A DNA stretch of 26,863 bases from an uncultured Planctomycetaceae bacterium (GTDB taxonomy: Bacteria; Planctomycetota; Planctomycetia; Pirellulales; Thermoguttaceae): contig CAZFKF010000001.1 of NCBI GenBank assembly GCA_964518805.1, forward strand, positions 1 to 26,863, given 5' to 3'. A model generated the notes under the pieces. The model was not told the origin of the DNA, did not search any database, and saw only the letters and a list, made by a program, of their open reading frames with translations. Shown here in pieces: positions 8,913-18,819 of the stretch; position 1 is the first letter of the stretch, and each line of letters opens with the position of its first letter. The position numbers were made by a program, and so were the translations under genes.

Positions 8913-10079
8913 TCAGAATGCCGACAGCGGCCGTTTCTTTTCCAGAAACACGCCGCAGAACACGTCTCCGGGCAGCAATTCGATGGGTCCCGGCTTGTAT
9001 CCGCCCGCCTCTTGGCCCGTTTCGATGACGAACCCCGGGTTCAAATACCCATCGCGATTCTGATCGGCCACTTCTTTGACGCTCCCGTCGGCCATTAAGA
9101 GGTTGCACGACTTGCCATGAACGGCGCTCCACGCGCGCGTGTCCTGAAACCACGCGGGGCTACCCGTGCCATCCCGTTCGTACCGCACCTGACTTGTCAT
9201 GTCGATCGACGTCGAAGTGGCTTTCAAGAAGGCAATCGACTGGTTGGCGCTGTCGTACGTCGCGGGGCCTCGGTTGTAGGAGTTGCTCAGCGTGACCCCT
9301 GCCTGGATATACACCCTATTCGCGTCCTGGATGGTCGTCGACAGGACGGCGCTCTCCGCGCTAGGCAGACCACCGTCGCCTAGAAGCGGGATGTTCGAGC
9401 TCGGGACCACGCCGTTGTCCACGGTACGCGTGGTCAGCGGCCCCGTCGTGCCATACAGACCGACCGTGTTTCTTTCGGACTGGGGCGATTCCGCGTTCGG
9501 GAAGTACCACGTGTCGTTGGCCGCCGCTTTCAGCCGCAGCCCGCCTCGCACGAGAAACCAACTGGCCGCGTAGTTGGTGTTGTAACCCTTGGCCAGGAAA
9601 TTCCTGGCCAGATATGCGGCACGGTCTCCGGCGGTGCTGCCTCCAAATGTTCCGCTGCACGCGCCGGCAGTCAAGCGGTCCGCGGTTGCTCCGTCTAAGG
9701 GCGGCGTCGCTGTCGTGTCACCGGCAGTCAGCATAACGCCGAAGGCCTGGTTTCCCGACAAGTCGCCCGCTGGGTTCAAGAGGTCGCCGGGCCGGCAGGC
9801 TCCCATATTCACCAAGTCTGCCACCCAGCCCCACGTATCGAGACAACCGTCGCGTTGGTAATCGACCGCCCCGGAACAGAATCGGCCTTGGGGGTCTCTG
9901 GCAGCGAACTGCATCAATCCTAAACCCAACTGTCGGAGATTGGCCTTATCTTGACTATTGCGGGCCGACCCCCTCGCCTGGAGAATCGCCGGCAGCGCGA
10001 TGGCTGCCAAGAGCGCGATGATGGCAATCACCACGAGCATTTCGACGAGCGTAAAACCGAGCCGCGCCTTGTTGCACAT
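8913..10079 (-). CDS. DUF1559 family prepilin-like protein (pilin A), 388 aa
   Basis: Class III signal RLG|[23 protein letters not shown]; C-terminal H-X9-DG motif [12 protein letters not shown]; AGGAGGA ribosome-binding site. Confidence 0.93.
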   Translation of the reverse strand: MCNKARLGFTLVEMLVVIAIIALLAAIALPAILQARGSARNSQDKANLRQLGLGLMQFAARDPQGRFCSGAVDYQRDGCLDTWGWVADLVNMGACRPGDLLNPAGDLSGNQAFGVMLTAGDTTATPPLDGATADRLTAGACSGTFGGSTAGDRAAYLARNFLAKGYNTNYAASWFLVRGGLRLKAAANDTWYFPNAESPQSERNTVGLYGTTGPLTTRTVDNGVVPSSNIPLLGDGGLPSAESAVLSTTIQDANRVYIQAGVTLSNSYNRGPATYDSANQSIAFLKATSTSIDMTSQVRYERDGTGSPAWFQDTRAWSAVHGKSCNLLMADGSVKEVADQNRDGYLNPGFVIETGQEAGGYKPGPIELLPGDVFCGVFLEKKRPLSAF

Positions 10080-10191
10080 GGCCGAATCCTCCTGACGAAG
10101 GGAACTATCCGGGCAATGCGGAGGAAGACTTTCACATCGGTCTTCATCCTAAGACTCTCCTGTCAGCCAAGTGTTAGAGATTCGACAAAAA

Positions 10192-11973
10192 TCAGTGGGG
10201 ATCGCCCCCCTTCTTTTGGGAACCCCGATCGTGCTCTTGGGCCTGGGCTCCTGCCCCCCCGTCTCCGAGAGACGCCGCGACCGCGTGGGCGCGCTGCATC
10301 TGAAGCACGACTTGGAGATTGGCCTCTGCCTGGGCGTAGTCGGATCGCAACTGCATCGCCAAACGATAGTGTTCAATAGCCTGGTCATATCGTCCCTGGC
10401 GGGCAAGAAGATTGGCCAGGTTGTTGTGGGCTTCTGCGTTCTGGGAATCGATCCTCAGCGCAACCAGATAGTGCTCCATCGCAAGGTCTGGCCGAGTCTT
10501 CTGAAGGAGATTGGCGAGGTTGTTGTGCGCCTCTGCAAGCAACGGTTGGAACTCCGTGGCAATCTTGTAGTGCCTGGCCGCCAAGTCCGGTCGCCGTGCG
10601 CGCAGGGCGTTGCCGAGGTAGACGTGAGCTCGAGCGTTGTGCGGCGCCTTCTCAACCACGTCACTCCACAAGGCGATCTCGTCGCGATAGACCTCGTTCC
10701 TCGCAACGGTCGCTATTCCCAACAAGACAGCGACGATGACCGCGGCCGCAGCCAGGCGACGCCTCCTCTCGCCCGACATGGTTTTCGACGGCGCCGAACG
10801 CCGGCCGAGTTCGTAGACGGCGAATACGGCCGCGGCTGTCACGGCCGCCAGCGGCAGGTACATGCGGTGCTCAAACGCCAGATCGACGATGGGGACGAAA
10901 CTCGATGTCGGAGCGAGCGTCAAGAAGAACGTCCCACCGAGGAATCCCCAGGCCGGCCGGAAGACGACGCACCACGCCGTCGCTGCGATCAGGCTTCCCA
11001 CGGCAATCAGCGGAGGCACGATTTCGGCGGATGTTCGAGCGACCGGCCAGGCGTAGTCCAGGCACTGTCCTTGTGGCCAGAAGCACAACCGCAGGTAATG
11101 AACGATGACCCCCGGCTGGGACAAAGCGTATTGAGCGATCGATACCCTGTTCGCGTCCATCACGCCGGCGCGAGCGTACGACGCTTGCTGCGCGTACCCA
11201 TACCAGGCTATGGCGCCGAGGACCGCGGCGAAGACTAGGTACAGTGGCCCGCGGCGTCTCCACAAACGGCCCCAGGACTCGGCGACGAGGGCGCGGTCAT
11301 ACCAGAGCAGAACGAACGGGGCAGCGACGGCTGTTTCTTTCGAGCCGAGGCCCGCAAACCAGCAAGCGACCGAGGCCGCATACCAGAGAAGTGGCCGATC
11401 CGCGTCGATCGCTCGCAGAAACGTGTAGAACGTCAGCAAGAAGAACAGTCCCATCAGCGACTCGAAGCGTTGATAGAGGTAGGTAACGCTTTGGGTTTGC
11501 AGCGGGTGGACAAGCCACAACAGGGCCACGGCCAGTGCCAGCCCCGGCGCCGCCTCAGCGTACTGCGAGGCCAGACGAGGGCCCGCCAGCACGCGACGCA
11601 CGATCTCAAAGAGCACCACCGCGGCCGCCACGTGAATGGCAAGGTTCACCGCGTGGTAGCCCCAGGCGTTCGGCCCTCCCACCGCGTAGTTGACGGCAAA
11701 CGAGAACATCGTCGCTGGCCGCGTTGTCCCCCGCATGGGCAACCAAGGCGGCCACCATTGTCGGATCGCCCGATTCTCTTCGATGAGATGGTGGCCATCG
11801 AAGACCCAGGGCGCCGAAAAGCTGTTGGCGTAGATCAGCACCCCGGCGGCCAGCAGCAAAGCGCGCGCCCACCACGCATGCAAGGCGGAACGATGCGGCG
11901 GACCGCAGGCAGCGCCCTCCGGGCATGCGGGTCGGCCTGGATCGCAAACACTAAACCGGGAGCGGCTACTCAT
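10192..11973 (-). CDS. TMTC-like GT-C membrane glycosyltransferase with C-terminal TPRs (paralog 1), 593 aa
   Basis: YANSF...FDG, TRPATMFSFAVNY, YHAVNLAIH, LWLVHPLQTQSVTYLYQRFESL, GSKE, FEHRMYLP, RNEVYRDEIALWSDVV; about three TPRs (AEAHNNLANLL occurs twice). Confidence 0.88.
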   Translation of the reverse strand: MSSRSRFSVCDPGRPACPEGAACGPPHRSALHAWWARALLLAAGVLIYANSFSAPWVFDGHHLIEENRAIRQWWPPWLPMRGTTRPATMFSFAVNYAVGGPNAWGYHAVNLAIHVAAAVVLFEIVRRVLAGPRLASQYAEAAPGLALAVALLWLVHPLQTQSVTYLYQRFESLMGLFFLLTFYTFLRAIDADRPLLWYAASVACWFAGLGSKETAVAAPFVLLWYDRALVAESWGRLWRRRGPLYLVFAAVLGAIAWYGYAQQASYARAGVMDANRVSIAQYALSQPGVIVHYLRLCFWPQGQCLDYAWPVARTSAEIVPPLIAVGSLIAATAWCVVFRPAWGFLGGTFFLTLAPTSSFVPIVDLAFEHRMYLPLAAVTAAAVFAVYELGRRSAPSKTMSGERRRRLAAAAVIVAVLLGIATVARNEVYRDEIALWSDVVEKAPHNARAHVYLGNALRARRPDLAARHYKIATEFQPLLAEAHNNLANLLQKTRPDLAMEHYLVALRIDSQNAEAHNNLANLLARQGRYDQAIEHYRLAMQLRSDYAQAEANLQVVLQMQRAHAVAASLGDGGAGAQAQEHDRGSQKKGGDPH

Positions 11974-12045
11974 GACGGGTTCTTGGAAGTATGGACGACA
12001 CGTGCACGAAGCGTACCCGCAAATCTGACCTGCAATTGACGAACG

Positions 12046-15000
12046 TCAACGTCTCGACGCACCGGCGTGGACACTTGTCTGTCGGCGAAGCAACTCCAAG
12101 TCGTTGGCCGCCTGCTCTTGGAGTGGATGGCCGATTGCTCGGTAGACCTGCCATCGCAGCACAAGGAGTTCTTCGTTCCAGGGAATATACGGCTCGTAGG
12201 CCAGAAGCGATTCGCTCACCGCCTCGCGCCCGACGTGCCGGGCAACCTCCAGGGCGGTCGATCGCCGGGTTTCTTCGTAGACCCAGACCGCAAGAGGTTC
12301 CCTCAACGCTCGGTACAGGCGGGGCGCCTGCTCGCGATCGGCCTCGACCACTCTTGAAACCGCTGGGAACGCGAGTTCCAACGCGTGGGCCAACCCCCAG
12401 GGGCTGGACCGCAACCGCGTGAGGACGCGGTGGAGCAGGTCCGCCGATTCTCGGTACTTGCCCTGTTTCGATGCCAGATAGGCGTCGATGGCGTCCGCCT
12501 CGGTCGGCCGGAAGGCCCGCAGCCGACGCGTCAATTCGCGTGCCTTGTCGCTGCCGAGGTTCGCGTAGCCGAGAGCAAGCAGCGCCGTCTCCGAGGGAAA
12601 CAGCGGCTCGTAGGCAGCCCTTTCCCATGTTTCCACCATTCCCTTCGTGTCGGCCTGCCAGTAGAGTTTCATCGCCTCGGCCCGAGCCTTGTGCTCCGCC
12701 GTGGGCTGGGATGGCAAGACGATCTTCCCCGCCAGCGCGTCGAGGATCTGGCGATGTCCCTCGACACGGTCCCAGTTGACCTCACTCTCCCCATCCAACG
12801 GCGGTCGATGCGCGCCGCACGCGACGGCCTCTTGACGCAGGTCTTGGATCGAGAAACCCGTCGACATTCCCACGCTTCGCGCAAACCCGTACTCGATGCG
12901 GTTGCGGTCATCGGTGTTGACCCACCCGGCCTCCTCGCCGGCAACCTCGTCCGCCAACGCTGATCCGGCTACGAATCGCGACAGCAGGCCCTCCAGGTCG
13001 GCGACGCGCCACCCACAGGCCACCGCGGTTCGAAAAGGATCCTGGGCGATCCTGTCGCGCAGACGTGCCGCGCGATAGCTCAACGGCCGGCGCGAGCACA
13101 CCAACAACATGTCGTCGTTCTTCGACTGCCAAACCTCGACGTATCCGAACACCGAACGGAGCGTCGCCAGGACAGCCCGCACCGTCTGCTCGTCGATCTC
13201 GTAGCCTTGCACCCATTGTACAAACAGTCCCTCCGGCTCAAGGCGAGCGAGCGAGGCTTCGTAGAATTCGCGAGTGAAGAGGCTGGCGACACCTGCCCGA
13301 TAGGGGTTCGACGGCTCTGAGGCAATGATGTCGTAGCGATCGGATGCCGTGAGCAGCACCTCGCGGGCGTCGTTGTAGATCCGCCGGACCTTCGGGTGGT
13401 GGAGGACATCGAAGTTGACCGCGGCGCAGCGGCGGGCCATCTCGTCGACGGCGGGTTCCAGTTCGACCACATCGACCCGCTCGATTCCCGGAACCTCGGC
13501 CAGCCATCCGGGAGTCTCGCCCGTGCCCAACCCGACTATCAAGCCCGTCCTGGGATTCGCGTGCAGCAGGGCTGGAAGCACGCCCAACATGATCTGCGTA
13601 CCAGCGTCGCCGATCGCATCGCCATCGCTCTTTCCGTTGACGAAGAAGGACAACCCGTTGGCAGCAACGAGAGCCACGCTGGCCTCAACGCCCTCCGCCT
13701 CCCACAGCACCTGGCGTCGTCTGGAGTTCACCCAATCGCGCAGCGTATTGGCGTCTCCGGCAGGCAGCGCGAAGCGGCCCGCCCCGATCCCGCTGTGGCG
13801 CTAGACGGCCGTAGGGCCGGTTGCCCCCAAGAGCAGAACGGACACGACTCCAGACGCAAGACAGAGCAGCGGTCCCAGTATCGAGTCCTTCGTCTTCAGA
13901 TGCCCGAGGCTCCCGGGAGTTGGGGCGTGTCCGGCGCGAGTCCCTCTCTCCCGCTTCGCATGAGCGACAGGAGCGGCGGAGACTCCTCCCCGGTTCAACG
14001 GCCGTTGACCTCGGACAACGATCAGAATCGCCGCCGCACTCAACAGCGCCAGCAGGCCCACCACGACCCGCCATGCTCCCAGCGCCGTGAGCAACGGCAA
14101 CAGGCCGAACCCGCCCGCCAGACTGCCGAAGATCGCTCCGGCGGTATTCCAGGCGGCGGTGAGCCCGACCTCCCGGCCAACCTCTTCGTTGCCTCGGCCG
14201 CAGAGCGCAATCAACAGCGGAAACTGGACGCCAGCCACCAAGGCCGCGGGGAAGACCGTGATCGCGGCGATCAGCGTCCAGCCTGCCGCGCGATCAGCGA
14301 AACCGGCGCTAGCCTGTTGTAGCACGGCCGCGTAGATCGCCAATCGATCGCCCAAGGCGTAAGGGACGGCAATGCCCACCGCCTCCAGGCCGCACGTCAT
14401 CGCCAACGCGTTCAGATTTGGGGACAAGCGACGGAATAGAAACGGATAGATCGCCCCGCCGACGCCGATCCCGGCAAGCGCTACGGCCAAAATCAGCCCG
14501 AACGTGTAGGTTGTGCCGCCCAGGATCGGACCGAGCATCCGGTACCAGACCAGTTCCATGACGAAGAACCCGAACCCGACGCCGCATGCTGTGGCGTAGA
14601 CGAACCAGAGCGGCGTCTGCACCAGAGCCCCGGGGGAGGACGCCCGCCGCCTCGCCCTATCTTGGCCGAGTGGTACCGGCGCCGCAGCGCCCAGGGGACG
14701 GCGTTCCGACCGCTTTATCTCAAGAATCCCCGCCCCGGCCGATTCCCGCACCCCACACGAGCTTACCCAGGCGACGGCGCCGACGATCATCCCCGTCAGG
14801 CACGCCATCCATAAGGTCAGGCGTCCGCTCAAGTGCGGGAGCAGCAGGAATGTGCTCACCGTTGCGCCAACGACGGCTCCCAGCGTATTCAATCCATAGA
14901 GCCGTGCGACGTCCCGGCGCGGACCGTCGTCGCACGCAGTGACTGCCTTGGCAGCCGCGGGAAGCGTGCCTCCCATCAAGAACGTCGGCAACGCGATCGC

Positions 15001-15396
15001 TGCGGCACACAGTGCCAAGCGCACCAGCGTCGCCCCCGCGGCCCCCAGCGCCGACTGTCCGCCCATCGCCATGTACGCCACCCGGCTCAGGTCGATCAGC
15101 CAAGGGCTCGCCGCGGCAGCCAGTGCAATTCCTGTTTCCAGAACGGCATACATCCTGACCGCATTGGGAGTTCGATCGGCCCTTCGCCCCAGAACCGCGC
15201 TGCCAACTCCCAACCCGCCCATGAAGACGGCCATCACCGCGGCGGAGGCCGCGGTCGACGACCCGAAGACCAATCGGAACTCGCGGAACCAGCTGGCCTG
15301 GAGCACCAACGCGGCCATGCCCGAGAAGAACACCAACGCGGCCATGAGCCAAATCGGGGCGCTCGCCGGCATGGGCGACCATCGGCCGCCCGGCAT
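12046..15396 (-). pseudogene. Fused multi-pass membrane / spermidine-synthase-like SAM-binding protein interrupted by an in-frame TAG at 13801-13803
   Basis: ORFs 13801-15435 and 12046-13731 share a frame and read continuously as ...GATGPTAV*RHSGIGAGR...; the N-half has two hydrophobic repeats (WFREFRLVFGSST, WYRMLGPILGGTTY); the C-half has IVGLGTGET, DVVELEP and YDIIASEPSNP. Start probably 15396 (AAAGGAAG upstream) or 15435. Confidence 0.8.
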
Positions 15397-15451
15397 TACG
15401 TCTTCCTTTGCGTCGTTTGCTGTCTTCACGATCATAGCTCGGGCGCTGTCC

Positions 15452-16966
15452 TCAATGGCGGCGATCGCTGCGAGACTGAAGTTCTCTCTCTGCGGTCGTC
15501 AGGTTGTGGTGGGCCGCCCCGTAACTCGGATCGATCTCGATGGCCCGCTTGAAGCACGCAATTCCTTCCTGTTGACGCCCCGCTCGGCAGAGAAATGTCC
15601 CGTAGTTGTTGTGCCCTCGTGCATTGGCCGGGGCCTTTTCGACCACGTCGCGCCAGAGCGTCAGGTCGCTCTGGTAGACCCGGTTGCGCAGGTACGTCGT
15701 GTACCCTAAGGCGCTAACCATCGCGGCCACCATGAGCACCACGGCGGCATTTCGGCCGGCGGAGCAGCGGCTGGACTTCACGGCGGAAGGCAGGCAAGGC
15801 GTCTGCCGGCAACTTCGTCTGCGCGACCGTCCCGCGCGAAGGCCCCCACAGAAGACCTCATAGGCGACGAGCACCGCCAGTGTCACGACGGCTGCGAGGG
15901 GGAGATACATCCGATGTTCGACAGCCGGATCTCGGATGGGCACGACACTCGATGTCGGAGCCAGGATCAGGAAGAACGCCCCTCCGAGAAATGACCATCC
16001 GCGATGGCGCCGTGTGGCCCAAAGGGTCGCAGCCAACAACCCTGCGACGACAATCGCTGAAGGAACGATTTCCCAAAGCGACCGGGCAAGGGGCCACCCG
16101 TAATCAAGGCACTGCCCTTGAGGCCACACGCAAAGCCGCAAGTAGCGCAAGATGACGCCGGGCTGCGTCAACGCATAGTCCAGCGGCGAGATTCCGTCCA
16201 CCGCCAGGGCGCCTCCGCCCACGTAGATCTGCCTGCGCATCAACAACGATGCGGCCAGCAGCGCCGGAACTCCGGCCAGCAGGGCGTAATACGAACCTCG
16301 TCTTCTTAGCACCTCGCTCCAGGTCGACGCCACGAAGGCTCGATCGTACCACAGGACGACCAAAGGGCCAACGGCGGCCACCTCCTTGCACCCCAGTGCC
16401 AACAGGGAGGAAATGACCGAGCTAGAATACCAAAGCACCGGACGGGGGGACGCCTGCGCGCGAGTAAAACCGTAGAGCGTCAACAGGAAGAACAACCCCA
16501 TCAGCGATTCATAGCGCTGATAGATGTACGTCACCGCCTCGGTCTGGAGGGGATGCGCCACCCAAACCAGCGCAACCACCAGCGCGAGACGATCGGCCAC
16601 GGGGCCGTACCGCGGGGCCAATCGCCCCTGCGACAGCGATCGACGGACAACTCCCAATAACACCAGCGCGCTCGCCACATGGATGGAGAGATTCGTCTCG
16701 TGATATCCCCGCACGCCGCTGCCGTGAAGGGCATAGTCGATCGCGAACGTGTAAGCCGCCACCGGCCGGGTCGAGGTGGCCAGACCTTTCCACGGCGGCC
16801 ACAAGGCGTGGTTCGCCGCGCCTCCCTGGATGCGTTGCAGATCGTCGAACTGGAAGGGGACTTCAAACGAATTCGAGTACGACAGTTCGGCCACAACGAC
16901 AATCGCCAAAACACCGAGCAATCGCAACCAAGGGCGCCATCGCTCTGTGCACACCTCGCACGCCAC
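15452..16966 (-). CDS. TMTC-like GT-C membrane glycosyltransferase with a short TPR tail (paralog 2), 504 aa
   Basis: YSNSF...FDD, STRPVAAYTFAIDY, VWVAHPLQTEAVTYIYQRYESL, GCKE, VEHRMYLP, RNRVYQSDLTLWRDVV; one TPR plus a capping helix. Confidence 0.88.
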   Translation of the reverse strand: MACEVCTERWRPWLRLLGVLAIVVVAELSYSNSFEVPFQFDDLQRIQGGAANHALWPPWKGLATSTRPVAAYTFAIDYALHGSGVRGYHETNLSIHVASALVLLGVVRRSLSQGRLAPRYGPVADRLALVVALVWVAHPLQTEAVTYIYQRYESLMGLFFLLTLYGFTRAQASPRPVLWYSSSVISSLLALGCKEVAAVGPLVVLWYDRAFVASTWSEVLRRRGSYYALLAGVPALLAASLLMRRQIYVGGGALAVDGISPLDYALTQPGVILRYLRLCVWPQGQCLDYGWPLARSLWEIVPSAIVVAGLLAATLWATRRHRGWSFLGGAFFLILAPTSSVVPIRDPAVEHRMYLPLAAVVTLAVLVAYEVFCGGLRAGRSRRRSCRQTPCLPSAVKSSRCSAGRNAAVVLMVAAMVSALGYTTYLRNRVYQSDLTLWRDVVEKAPANARGHNNYGTFLCRAGRQQEGIACFKRAIEIDPSYGAAHHNLTTAERELQSRSDRRH

Positions 16967-17011
16967 TTGTTCTCACCGCGCCCTTCACGAGTGCCGGGCG
17001 ATCCCTCGCCC

Positions 17012-17057
17012 GACAAAGCAAATCACAGGCGGGAGAGCCCGCTGGCCCTCCCGCCTG
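17012..17057 (-). terminator. Probable intrinsic terminator or mRNA-stabilising hairpin after pilin B
   Basis: Perfect 10 bp inverted repeat CAGGCGGGAG (17026-35) / CTCCCGCCTG (17048-57), followed on the minus strand by TGATTTGCTTTGTC. Confidence 0.6.
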
Positions 17058-17128
17058 CTTCAAGCCTTTACTGCTGCAATATCCGGACTACCGCGGATCG
17101 CTCGACCGCGAGATCGTCCTTTCGGACT

Positions 17129-18406
17129 TCATTCGTAGTTGACCAGCTTCTTCTGCCAGACGTTCTTGTAGAACATTCCGCTGAAGACCTGAGTGCGCGG
17201 CAAGTCCTCTTCGGGGCCGGTGAAGCCAACGCGGCTGGCGAGCGTCCCCGTCGTCGCATTGACCACGTACTGCACCGCGCCAGCGCCCGTGACCGGGAAG
17301 CCGGGGTTCAGCAGGCCGTCGCCGTTGGCGTCGCCGAACTGCTGGACCGAGCCGTCAGCCATCAGGATGTTGCACGACCCGTTGTGGTAGCACATCCAGT
17401 CGCGGGTGTCCTGGAGGCAGAGGCTGCCGTAGTTCGCACTCTGGGCTTCCTCGAAAACCTGCCCGGAATAGCTCGTCGTACCGGCGGTGTTGAGGTTCGC
17501 AACGACGCCGACGGTTGCATTGTTCGGGCTGACGGTATCGATCCCCGAGGCGCCGCCCCAGGTGGCCGGACCGTCGTTGAATGACTCGACCAACCGATCG
17601 CCAGCGCCGAGGAAAGGCTTGCCCTTGTAGGTGAGGGCCGCAAGCAGGACCGCCTCGTTCGGGTCGCCTGGGGTGCCGTCGCCCAGCAGCGGGATCATGT
17701 TGCTGGGGATGGACGACTTGTCGATGTCCGACCGGCGAATCGGGCCATCGCCGCAGTCCTTGGCCTTGTAATTGGTGTAGGCAACTCCCTGCCGCCCCAT
17801 CGATTCGGTGTGGATCTCATAGCCCGTGATCTTGCCGTTCGCAGCCTGTACGACGTTCGTGACCACGGTCCTCGGCTGCCCGCGGACGAAGAAGTTGCTC
17901 GCCACGTAGTTGGACGAGTAGCCCTTGTCGATGATGTACTTGCTGACCGCGTCGGCCGTAGCCGTCCCGCTCGCGTTAACTCCGATCATGTCCGTCTGCG
18001 AGCACGCCCCGGCCGCTTGATCCTTGACGTCGGCGACTTCGGCACCGGTGACCGAGCTGCCGCCCAACAGGTCGTTGAGCTTCTCCATCCCCTTGGCCGG
18101 GTTGGAGGGGCAGAGCATGTCGACCGGACGGCAATAGCCAGAATTCACCAGGTCGGCAACCCAGCCGTAGCTGTCGACGCAGCCGTCGCGGCGGTTGTCG
18201 TAGGCGCCGGTGCAATAGCGGGTGTAGGGGTCGTGATCCGCGTGGATCATAAACCCGATGCCGAACTGGCGCAGATTGCTCTGGCACTGGGCCGAACGGG
18301 CCGCTTCGCGGGCGCGGCTCAAGGCCGGCATCAACATGGCCACGAGGATGGCGATGATCACGATCACCACCAGCATCTCGACAAGAGTAAAACCTTTACG
18401 CTTCAT
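17129..18406 (-). CDS. DUF1559 family prepilin-like protein (pilin B, candidate major subunit), 425 aa
   Basis: MKRKG|[23 protein letters not shown]; [26 protein letters not shown]; GGAGA ribosome-binding site. The major-subunit role is inferred from the long leader and downstream hairpin. Confidence 0.94.
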   Translation of the reverse strand: MKRKGFTLVEMLVVIVIIAILVAMLMPALSRAREAARSAQCQSNLRQFGIGFMIHADHDPYTRYCTGAYDNRRDGCVDSYGWVADLVNSGYCRPVDMLCPSNPAKGMEKLNDLLGGSSVTGAEVADVKDQAAGACSQTDMIGVNASGTATADAVSKYIIDKGYSSNYVASNFFVRGQPRTVVTNVVQAANGKITGYEIHTESMGRQGVAYTNYKAKDCGDGPIRRSDIDKSSIPSNMIPLLGDGTPGDPNEAVLLAALTYKGKPFLGAGDRLVESFNDGPATWGGASGIDTVSPNNATVGVVANLNTAGTTSYSGQVFEEAQSANYGSLCLQDTRDWMCYHNGSCNILMADGSVQQFGDANGDGLLNPGFPVTGAGAVQYVVNATTGTLASRVGFTGPEEDLPRTQVFSGMFYKNVWQKKLVNYE

Positions 18407-18414
18407 TGTCTTTC

Positions 18415-18535
18415 TCCAGGTAAACGGAAACTGACGCTCATCCCTGCAACTCTACTTTGCTCACTCCAACTCACGCGACGTTCCGAGCGGCCACACCTCC
18501 TTTCCTCCTGCGATTGATTCCTTGTCTGACCTTCC
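18415..18535 (-). promoter_or_regulatory. GGA-rich 5' leader of pilin B; candidate CsrA/RsmA-binding array
   Basis: Nine GGA triplets counted in 121 nt on the coding strand, including ACAAGGAAT, GCAGGAGGA and CAGGGATG. Confidence 0.4.
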
Positions 18536-18753
18536 TTCTATTTCGCACCCCGCTGCCCCTGGCGAACACTTCGTCGTGTTGTCTCGTACTGAGATCCGCG
18601 GGCAATCGGTGCCCCACCGAACGGTGTCGCCGGCGAGAAAACTGGGTGTCACAGACTTGTGGACTAACCGCCGTGTTTTCAAATCCGTAACGCCGACTAT
18701 TATCCACGCCGATGTAAGCGCTTGATGCGTTGGCGATCAGAGTTCCGTCAGCT

Positions 18754-18777
18754 TTTCGAGATTTTGAGATTTCGCGA
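18754..18777. repeat. Three tandem imperfect 8-bp repeats
   Basis: TTTCGAGA TTTTGAGA TTTCGCGA on the plus strand. Confidence 0.55.
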
Positions 18778-18802
18778 GGGCGACTCGCATGGTGCGTTCG
18801 AA

Positions 18803-18819
18803 GGCATCGGTCGTTCCAC
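18803..18819 (-). promoter_or_regulatory. Possible sigma54 (-24/-12) promoter for pilin B
   Basis: Minus strand GTGGAACGACCGATGCC keeps GG-N10-GC, with mismatches to the TGGCACG-N4-TTGCW consensus. Confidence 0.25.

Noticed and set aside
13801-13803. Pyrrolysine insertion or TAG reassignment as the explanation for the amber codon
   Set aside because: TAG terminates other genes at their expected ends (525, 1589, 7386, 19609), no pyl genes are visible, and the context suggests Trp, one base from TAG.
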